Shown here: in pieces, positions 45,804 through 54,535 of the stretch
Layout of the letters: every line of letters begins with the position of its first letter
Position numbering within the stretch: the first letter of the stretch is position 1
NCBI GenBank assembly: GCA_964019335.1
Contig: OZ025668.1
Location: forward strand, 434,001-498,000
From: Diplonema japonicum
Taxonomy: Eukaryota > Protista > Euglenozoa: Diplonemea
DNA: 64,000 nucleotides
Direction of reading: 5' to 3'
Program-made: the position numbers and the translations under genes
The notes under the pieces: generated by a model
Database searches by the model: none
Told to the model about the DNA's origin: nothing
Seen by the model: only the letters and a program-made list of their open reading frames with translations

Positions 45804-46994
45804 TTACACAACCGTCCTACTCGGCACTGGGACGTTTTCGTGCAGTTCCCTTGCGTGGAGCTCCGACCAGCTTCTTCGTCGTTTGGTGAAACCGTTCGGC
45901 GGCCCAGGGGGTTGCAGAGCTTCCATCCGCCGTTTTTTCCTCTCGGCGAGGTGCTCCGCGTTTCTCACCAACCGCTCGTTAAACGTGTCCTGCGCCTCCT
46001 TAGTAAGCTTGTACCGCTTGCTGTCCTGCACATATTGCGCATTGAGACGCTGCGCGGTTTCGGCCGCTTTTTTCGCTTCCGTATAATACATCCTCTCAAC
46101 ACAGTCCCGTTCCTCTGACGCTGTAAAGCGCAAGGTGCTCTTGTGGTGAGCGGACATCCTCGATACTTTCTCGTTCATTTTCATCAATTTCACCCTATGC
46201 GCTTCATGCAAGCGAAACGCCATGTCCTCCTGTTGCCGGTAGCTAAGCTTCATGAGCTTCTTCTTATGCAACAAGTCGAACAAAGCTTCCTTCGCCTTGT
46301 CAACGACAAGCTCCCTCCCAAGCGTCCTCGATTCGGGGGGTATTAAACTACTGTTTTTACTATTCACAGGGGGTCTTGGTTTGAAAACAGGTTTCTTTGC
46401 ATGCCGGTGGACGGCACCCCTGCATCCACTTGAAGATGGATTGAATGGGAGGAAGCTTAGTAAAAGCTTGCACCAAGGCGCTCTGCCGATTTTAACGATA
46501 GTCGCTATTCCCCGGCTAGTAGCAGGGCGTGAAGGGTTCTGCAGAATGTACCCAACGGTGTGGGTGTATGTGTACGGTGCTTTGTAAACCTTTGAGGCAT
46601 CGCGGATCCATTTTGTTTCTTTGTTGCACACCATGAGGTGGTCGTCTCGCTCTGTGCTGTAGTAAATCATGAGGGGGACGGTGCCTGGGCGCCTGCTGCG
46701 CTCGGCGTATCCGAGGAGCTCGCCCCCTCTCTGCCCTCCGTTGACTTCTACTAAGCTGTTACTTGGGGTTTTGTAAACCCACCCTATGGAACAAATGCCG
46801 TCGTACCCCTTCGCTACTGCCTTCATGTGGTCGTTCGTCGTCATATGTTTCCGAAGCCCTGGGTTCCAGTAAAGCCACAACCTTGTTAGATCTGATGAAG
46901 CAATAGACGCCAATCTTTTGCGTTGTGCTGCAAGCTGTGCCAAGTGCGACCTTGTCATTGTTTGTATTCTCGTTGCTGCGGTATCTGGGTCCAT
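45804..46994 (-). CDS. IQ-motif protein with DUF5648-like repeats and coiled-coil tail
   Basis: AATRIQTMTRSHLAQ is an IQ motif. Repeats LWLYWNP...HMTT...GY...IGWV and PLMIYYS...DHL...VGYI. Confidence 0.7.
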   Translation of the reverse strand: MDPDTAATRIQTMTRSHLAQLAAQRKRLASIASSDLTRLWLYWNPGLRKHMTTNDHMKAVAKGYDGICSIGWVYKTPSNSLVEVNGGQRGGELLGYAERSRRPGTVPLMIYYSTERDDHLMVCNKETKWIRDASKVYKAPYTYTHTVGYILQNPSRPATSRGIATIVKIGRAPWCKLLLSFLPFNPSSSGCRGAVHRHAKKPVFKPRPPVNSKNSSLIPPESRTLGRELVVDKAKEALFDLLHKKKLMKLSYRQQEDMAFRLHEAHRVKLMKMNEKVSRMSAHHKSTLRFTASEERDCVERMYYTEAKKAAETAQRLNAQYVQDSKRYKLTKEAQDTFNERLVRNAEHLAERKKRRMEALQPPGPPNGFTKRRRSWSELHARELHENVPVPSRTVV

Positions 46995-47089
46995 TTTTTT
47001 TTCTTTTGCGCTGAAGGTTTTTTTTCTTTTGTAAAAAAAAAAAAGAAAAAAAAAAATGAGGGGGAGGAAATTTTCTAGAAATTCTACAT

Positions 47090-47521
47090 CTATAAGGTTG
47101 TCTCGGCCATTTTCATGATAATTTTGAACTCTTTCTCATCTAAAGGGAACACCGACAGTCTTGCCTGTCTCACTAAGGCGGTTTCCTTGAGCTTCGGTTC
47201 AGCCTTCACCTGTGCGAGGGTGACAGGTTCTTCCAGCGGCTTCACTGGTTTGATGTCCACCGCAACCCACTTGGTGTCTTTTGTAGTGGGGTCTTGGTAA
47301 TGCTCTTTTGTCACTTTTGCTATGCCGACAAACTTCTTTTCTGTCACAGAGTGGTAGAAAAGGACAATATCACCTTTCTTCATTTCCTTCATCATGTTTC
47401 TGGCTTGGTAGTTCCGTACCCCGTCCCAGTAGGTTTCCTTCTCCTTCACCAACTCATCCCAGTGGTACGCACCTGGCTCGGATTTCATGCCCCAGTACTT
47501 AACCTTGCTGGTTTTCGGCAT
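47090..47521 (-). CDS. EVE domain protein
   Basis: YWGMKSEP, WDGVRNYQARN, GDIVLFYHS and RLSV. Confidence 0.93.
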   Translation of the reverse strand: MPKTSKVKYWGMKSEPGAYHWDELVKEKETYWDGVRNYQARNMMKEMKKGDIVLFYHSVTEKKFVGIAKVTKEHYQDPTTKDTKWVAVDIKPVKPLEEPVTLAQVKAEPKLKETALVRQARLSVFPLDEKEFKIIMKMAETTL

Positions 47522-47593
47522 TTCCCCCCCCCCCCCTTTTTTTGGGAGAACAAAAATGGGATATGGGAAGGGATGTACAAAAAAAAAAAAAAT

Positions 47594-48335
47594 AGCTATT
47601 TACTGCCAACAAGTAATGACTTTACCGTTACCTCGAGGTTTCCGCATTTTACCGTCGAGGGCCCGCAGGGCCCGAGATGGTAAAATGCGGAACCGAGTGG
47701 TCGGTAAAGCATTACTTGGCGGTAGGTAAGTGGTTTTATTTCACGACACTCTGAAATTACTTCACCACGAGGGGCACAACAGGGTGACAAGGGGTACAAC
47801 AAGAGAGGGGTTACAAAGGTTACAATACAAGTTGTTTTCCCTCCTTTTGTTGACTAAGAGCTGCCGCTGTCGCTGGCATTGCCACTGTCACCATCTCTAA
47901 TCAGGCCTTCCCATACCTGGCGCGGCCGCTGGCTCCTTTTTTTCTGCTGCTTCGGTATTTTGAAGTCATTTGGGGAGCTTGGGTAAGCTGACTAAGTTAC
48001 CCTTACCCACAGAAGAGTTACCCCCAGAAACTGGGAACAAGGCCTAGCCAAAAGTGGGCAAATTGGGAGGAAAAAGTTGTCCAACTTGGAACTGAGCCGA
48101 GGCAAAAGTTGGCCAATTGAGCTGAACCTGGGGGGAAATAGCAAACTGAGAGAAAAAAGTAGCCCCACTGGGAACCGAACCGAGGCAAAAATTGGCCTAC
48201 CGAGGCATATTATTTAACGGAAACCCCCTATTACTTCACGGAAAACAGGCCATTATTTCACCGTGAAGTAATGAGATTTAGCGTGAAGTAATGGGCCCCC
48301 CAGTGCGTGAAGTAATTTCTGAAGAGTGAAATAAA
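47594..48335. mobile_element. Family E element: ~130-bp hairpin plus asymmetric inverted repeats
   Basis: Imperfect palindrome 47597-47728 centred on gggccc-gca-gggccc. 47735-47766 is inverted relative to 48307-48335. Repeated gtgaagtaat motifs and a second copy at 42420. Confidence 0.7.
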
Positions 48336-48745
48336 AAAAAAAACAACAAAAACAAAAAAAAAAAAAAAAAACAAGACCTCTGTTACCTTCGATCTTGGTT
48401 ATAACATATAAGAGGAAGGGGAGAGGGTGTGTGGATACTTAAAATATCTGTTTCAAGGCATCCGTGAGTGTGTTTTTTTTTTTTTTTTTTCTTCTTTCCT
48501 TCTTTTTTTTTTTGTTCTTTCTTTTTTTCTATTTCCCCCTGTGAGTAGTGTTAGCAACACAACCCGCTGCGGTGGTGTGCTATATCTTATGAAACTCTTT
48601 TGGAAGGGGGGGGGGGGGGGGGGGGATATCATCTCGGAAATAAATAGACAGTTTGGGGGGAGAGGATGTTTAATAAGCAAAAATAAAATAGAAGACAGAA
48701 AAAAAAAGTGTTTTTTTCCCCCTTCTTTCTCTTTTTTTTTTTTAA

Positions 48746-49947
48746 CCATTAAGCCCACAGGCAAAAAACCGAAAAAAAGCCCATTTTTGAGGCGATTCCA
48801 AAAAATTCAAAAAAAAATGGCAGCATTTAACCATACAAAGTGTTCTTTTTATGGAGAAATGACCTCTGGAGACATTCAGGTATCAGGGTTCCCCTGAACT
48901 GGCTTTTGAACTTATGATTTTTGACCCAACACACTTTTTGGTAAGGGGGGGAAGAGGAGCAGAAAAAAGTGCAAAATAAATAATAATAAAATGCACTAAA
49001 AACCCCTTGTAACACTATTCTAGCCCAGATTTAGCTTGCGTTTCACACCTCTCTGGCCAGTGGAGGGGGTCCGGGGGCCATCAGTGAGTTTCTGGTACTT
49101 GTCGGTGTTTCGGGCTCCTGATCATCCTCGGTGATGTCTTCGTTCAGGTGGCAAAGCCAAAAGCAAGGTGTGGAATAGAGGCACTTGCCACAGGTGGAAC
49201 ATTCAGCCAGAGGACCTTCTGGGACCCATGCAATGATGGACTACGCACCTATTATGCTAATTTTTGCAGGAAAATGCTCTTTGATGCGGTCAAACCTTAC
49301 ATCCTTCGAGTCTTGTGGTCTCGATGGTGCAGGTTCTTTGCCCATGCATTTACAGAGGCCGTGTGCGATGCATTCTTCCAGTTCATTGAACTTGATGGGG
49401 GAATTAACGCTCTTCGTAAGTACCCAGCAGTTGAAGAGGCTTTTGTCAAGCAGGAACCTTAATATTTTCATCTGCCACCGGCGGCTTTGGACTACTTTGT
49501 GTTGCGTTGGGTGGCAGGTGGCATGTATGGTGTAAAAAACGAATAAAAAAGCTGGAGAGGGCTCTTCCCTGTTGGGTCGTCTGCTGGTTCGATTACACTG
49601 CCTCTTTCCACCCTATTTCCTCCAATTCTTCCCCACTTTCCTCCCCCCAAGTACTACTAGACTCGGAACTACCATTTTCTGACATTTCCTAGCATTCTTC
49701 ATCACTCACGACCAGCCCTCTGCTCCAGTCGAGTATTCTTCATTCTCAAATCATTTTTTCCCGGATTTTCGACCTCTCAAATTCTTAAAATAATGCTGAA
49801 AAAGGGCAGCATTTAGCCAAACAAAGTGGAAAAAATCGCGCAATGGCGTCAGAAAGGTGAAAGAAAGGTCATAATTTGACCAAAAGGCCTATATATTTTT
49901 TTCTTTTTTTTTTTATGTCATATATATATGACATGTGGGTTTAATGG
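48746..49947 (-). mobile_element. Internally deleted piggyBac element
   Basis: TTAA at 48742-45 and 49948-51; TIRs ccattaagcccaca / tgtgggtttaatgg. Transposase remnants SPLQLFYSFFTP, ILRFLLDKSLFNCWVL, DVRFDRIKEHFP and CSTCGKCL...CF..CH. Confidence 0.92.
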
Positions 49948-50009
49948 TTAAACGTAATAGAGCCAGGAACACCTGTGGTAAGGCTTTCCAGACCGTGGTT
50001 TTGTTCTCT

Positions 50010-50042
<33 letters not shown>

Positions 50043-51099
50043 GAGTTAAAGGAGGCCGGTGTTGGCGGCGCCCTGCTGAAAAAACCCGCAAACCCGAAAA
50101 AAAAAAAAGAGAAAAAAAATCATTATAGGGGGAGAAAAGTTAGCAACCATTTCACCGCCTAAGGACGCCCTTTAAAAGAAAAGGAGATTCGAGAAGGAAC
50201 AAAAAAAAAAAGGCGGTAAAAATACAAAGAAACCATATTATGGCCCTTTTTTTAGGGAACGGAAAGAAGAAGAAGAAAAAAAAGAAAAAAAAGAAAACTG
50301 TATTTCGTTTTTTCCTTTCTTAAAGGAAAAACGCGTGTCAAGCAAGAAAAAGGGCAGCAAGGAGGGGGGGGGAAGAAGAAGAAAAAACAAAAGAAAATTC
50401 AGCAGCCCCCCCCCCCCCCCCCCGGTTCAAAACGGGATTTTTTTTTTCGATAGACCTGCGATATTTTTTTTGGGAATACGTTTATTGGGAGCACACTGAC
50501 CCCCCCCCCCCCCCCCCCTCAAAAAGGTTCACATGCAGTTTGCTTGCCGGCATTTCACGAAACCGTTTTTATCACGAAAAGACGGCTTCACTAAATCAGC
50601 AGCTAGTAACTCCGCATGGCATGAACGGACCATTAGGCGAGCTTCATGATTGCTCCATAAAGCAACCCTTTCACAGAACTGATGAAGAGAGACAAGAAAT
50701 TCGCCGGCTTATCTCCACCTTGCGGGGGCCCTGGAATAATTCAGTTTTTTTTTTTTGGGGGGGAAAAAAAAAAGGAAAAAATACTCCACTATGCCTGACC
50801 CCACGGCCTGTGTAAGTGGAAACTCGTAGGGTGTAAAATTAATTGACACAAGCACTTGAATAAAAAAAAAAAAAAAAAAAATCAAGGTTGTGTCAATTCC
50901 TTTAAATGGTCGGTTGTTAGCTGATCTGTAAGATGGACTTATTATTTTTTTTTTTTTTTTGAATGAATTATTGATTTGAAACTGTATAAAACCGTGTCAA
51001 AAAAAAAAAAGAAGAGAAAAATAAAAAGGTGGTGGCGCGCCCCGCTGAACATTATAAGGACCGATGATGGATCTTTCTTTTAAAAAAAAAAAAAAAAAG

Positions 51100-51268
51100 C
51101 ATCAAATGTTTGATCCGTTCTCTCGTGGTAGTGCCTAGGCCGTAGTATCTATTCAGCAGCTTGGGCGTGGAACCTACTAAAATGTTGAGGATGCAATGAG
51201 CTCGCAGAATCTCCTCTAGGATAGGGTGGGTGGCCTTCAGTGACGCGAAGACCGGACGAGTGGAGTAA
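51100..51268 (-). mobile_element. LINE ORF2 3'-end fragment
   Basis: Homologous to 1577-1751 (YSTRPVFA...THPILEE.LR.HCILN); lacks the stem-loop. Confidence 0.85.
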
Positions 51269-52334
51269 AAATTTGATAAATTTCGGTGTGCGGGTGGGTG
51301 CTCACCGTTCAGGGATAACACCGTAAAAAGAAAGAAATTAAAGAGGTAAAAGGAAATCCCTGATCTGGGACTTCCTGTCTTGTTCTTCTACCTGCCCCTA
51401 TCTCCCTTCAGCGGCTTCGGGTTCCGAGACGTGCAGCGGTCTTCTGTCCCAGCCCAAGACCTTTCTCCCCCCTATGGTCCTCAGGCCGTGGTTCCGCCGT
51501 TGCTCCGCCGGTATGGCTCTGTGTCCCCTGACCTTCCTCCTTATCCGCGCGTCCTGCCAGCCTTCCTGCAGCCTCACCAGCAGGCCATGCAGCCGTCTCG
51601 CCTTTTTACCTATTAGTGTCAGGTCTCCACGTTCACCCACCAAAGAAAGAAACCATAAATATGCTCTTTTTTCCCCTCCCCCATGGTTTCCCCCTTTGGA
51701 GTTCGACTTCATCGAAAGAAAAAAGGGGGGGGAGGGGGAACAAAACAAAAGAGCCGAGATAAAAGGATATCACTGCTGCTTTGTATTTCAGTTGGCCTCT
51801 AAAACACCGACCACTCAGGGGGGGAGAAAAAAAAAGAATTATTGTGCACACAATATAAATACTGCATGTTACCACTACTCTTTTTTGCTCCTACAATTAA
51901 ACACATAAAAAAATATTTCTTTTTTAAAAAAAGCACCTTTCTCCCCTTTCTTAAGACTTCTCCCCGTTTTTTTGGCTCTGTGCTCGCCCACCTTCTTCCC
52001 CAATAAACTACACGATGGAGAAAAGCTAGTTTCGTGCAGCGCTGGGAAAGAAAAAAAAGAGAGAAACACAAAAAAAAGGAAGAAAAAGGAAATCTCCTAA
52101 CAGGGGTTTTGTTTGTTAATGTCATCGCACTCTCTCCTCCTCCCCCCCCCCCCCCCCCTTTTTTTGAAAATAAAAAAATTAGCTAGTATTTTGGTTGTAT
52201 TCATTTTTTTTTTTTTGAAAATTATTTTACGCCGTCTAAACTACCGGATTTGTACTTATATTGTTATGTGAAAAATCCCAAATTGGGCAAAAAATTCGAA
52301 AAAGGTACATAATATTTACAGAACACCATTAAAA

Positions 52335-52377
52335 GATGTCTTTAAAGGGAACCTGCAGTATGTGACAGGATCGCCTT
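52335..52377 (-). mobile_element. Stand-alone LINE 3' stem-loop copy nested in the TIR element
   Basis: gatgtcttt...gggaacctgcagtatgtgacaggatcgcct matches 1521-1561. Confidence 0.8.
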
Positions 52378-52504
52378 AAAACAAAACATAAAAATTACAA
52401 AAATAAAAAAAATCCCAAAAAATATCCCTAAAAATAAAAAATCCCAAGACAAAAACAAAATACCCCCCAGCCGGGGAGGGGGGGTGGTATTACCGCAATT
52501 CTAG

Positions 52505-53320
52505 TTCATTATTGCCCAGTCCTGCACGTAAAGCACACCACATAGTCGCAGGACGGGCTGACCCTCCCGCGGGTGCTCATGTCATGCTCACCAGAGCATT
52601 CCGTGCACTCCCACACTGGTCTCCTTTCTAACCTGCTTGAGGGTTGCGCTGCAGTTGGGGCAGGGCACCCTCGTCACGTTGTTCGTTCGCTGGCTTGGGG
52701 TCACTTGGCTTGGTGCCGCTGCTTGGCTTGGGGCTGAGGCTTCTTGGTCAGGCATTTCTTCTTCTTCTGCTTCTTCGTCAGAAGAAGGCGCATCAGAAAT
52801 GGCCTCTATGTCGAGGTGCCCAGCCTGCTGAACATCTCAGTGATCTCAATGTCCGGGTCTTCGGGTGCTGTTCCGGGTCGACTGACAGTCCCAATGGCTC
52901 CAATGGATCAATCTCCATCGGGTCAACTCCTGCATCTGCACCCAGCTTCTCGAACCAGCTCGACCTCGGAAGCGAGGGCGCAGGAACGTCCTCAGTGGGC
53001 GGGTCACGGATGCAGACCCGGGTGGGAGATCGTTAAAAAGGTAAGCGAACCCTGCCCGGATTGTTAGCTTGCGGTAAGCCTCGACACCCCAGGCAAGAAC
53101 AAAACGACGCATAATCTTTGTCCTTTTGTCAACCTCTAGCATTGCTGATTTTGCAATCTGTGAAGGTGTCGGGGCAGCAGGGGAGGCCACGGGGTTGGCA
53201 ACAGAAGCAACGGGACCGGCAACAACAGAAGCACCAGGCGCGGCAACAGGACTAACGGGAACAGAAGCCGGACCAACAGCAGTAAGAAGGGCTTCTCTTC
53301 TGTGTCTTTTCCGCTCTTTC
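52505..53320 (-). pseudogene. Frameshifted ORF with Ala/Pro-rich region, acidic region and C-terminal Cys-rich zinc finger
   Basis: Across frames: CPNCSATL ... ECTEC ... SCDYVVCFTC (ZZ/DC1-like spacing); several frameshifts. Confidence 0.55.
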
Positions 53321-53586
53321 TTTATCTGGGTTTTGAAAATGGAAACCAAAAAGTAGATCTTGTACACCACAAACGTGGCTTTGATTTTAGTGGGGCCTGT
53401 CCTGGGGGGGGGGGGGGGGGGGGGGTCAGGCCAAAAATAATAAAAATAGTTTTTTGTATTGTTCTGTAAAAAGTCCCAAGTTGGGTCCAAAATCCGAAAA
53501 AGGTACATAATTTATACAGTACACTAAATCCCCAGACCATTATTAAAACTGAACAATATAAAAAACTATTATAAATACAAATCCGG

Positions 53587-53617
<31 letters not shown>

Positions 53618-53619
53618 GA

Positions 53620-54346
53620 GACATTTAAGGGTACCTGCGGTATGTGGCAGGACGCCTGAAGAGTCTCAATCTCTGCACGCCCTGACGAGTGAACTGGACT
53701 CATCGTCGCTCCTCATCATCCGCGCAAACGTTGTGATCCTGCGGTATGCGGCTGCTGAGTACGGGTCCAGCCTGTGTCCTTTGAAAGCCACCCCGAGGAG
53801 GGCGCCTGACGAGCGTGTTGGGTTGTGGGGGCCCCATATGCAAGAGGTAATCTTCTTGCCTTGTGTTCTTCGTCCTGGTGGGCTGTAGGCACACCGTACA
53901 CCCCAGCATAGTTACGCTTAGATAGGGCAGCCCTGGAGGATTCCGTTTGTGGTGCGAAACACCTCCCCTACCCCCGCCTGGAAGCGCAAACGCCGGTCGA
54001 GGTTGGCGTACATGGATCTCAGTGGCCTTAGGATATCTCGGACATGCCCAGTCTCTCCGCAAGGTCGAACGTTAACGTGACAGGGACGGAGTCGAAACAC
54101 TTCCTGAAGTCTAGCCGACAGGCCATACAAGGGTTCTGCCCCCTGTCGAGCATTTTCCACCTGCGCACACACTTTGAAGAGTAGGTCATCGACGCCGTGT
54201 TTTGGTCTAAAGCCGTGCTGCGTCGGGGTGATCCAACGTTCCTGCCACTCGAGAATGCCTGGCACATGCCCATAGGCGGTAGAAGGCACTGGAGACCGTG
54301 ATCGGGCGACGATCTAAGGGCTCTTCCGACTCAGACTTCGGGATTA
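53620..54346 (-). mobile_element. Degenerate LINE reverse-transcriptase fragment with 3' stem-loop
   Basis: RRPITVSSAFYRLW, QHGFRP, LDFRKCFDSV and GILQGCPI across frameshifts; ends in the shared stem-loop followed by a T-tract. Confidence 0.9.
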
Positions 54347-54535
54347 TAAAAAAAAAAAAAACAGAGACCTTTTTAGGAAACCCTCCGGATTTAGCTGCTG
54401 AGAAAAGTTCTTTCAAGGATTTCCCGTTCTAACGGTGGGGGGGAGGGGGGGTTAGAGATGCAAAGTACTATAAGCATCACCAATCTTTAAAAAAAAAGAC
54501 AATCAATCAAGAAAACAAATAAGAAAAAAAAAAAC

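Larger units (their letters stand above)
52244..53586. mobile_element. TA-flanked TIR element (Tc1/mariner-like ends) carrying a decayed non-transposase ORF
   Basis: ta-ccggatttgtacttata ... tataaatacaaatccgg-ta (16/17 match). Internal direct repeat at ~52261-52328 and ~53459-53525. Confidence 0.75.

Noticed and set aside
48230-48320. Repeated gtgaagtaat as a CRISPR-like array
   Set aside because: The repeats are 10-11 bp with very short spacers, in a eukaryotic context with no cas genes; they are subterminal motifs of family E.
50841-50898. 11-bp inverted repeat aattgacacaa/ttgtgtcaatt
   Set aside because: Too short and a single occurrence.
51358-51635. GC-rich coding-like segment next to a LINE fragment
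   Set aside because: May be another retroelement piece, but it has no recognisable motif and no second copy here.
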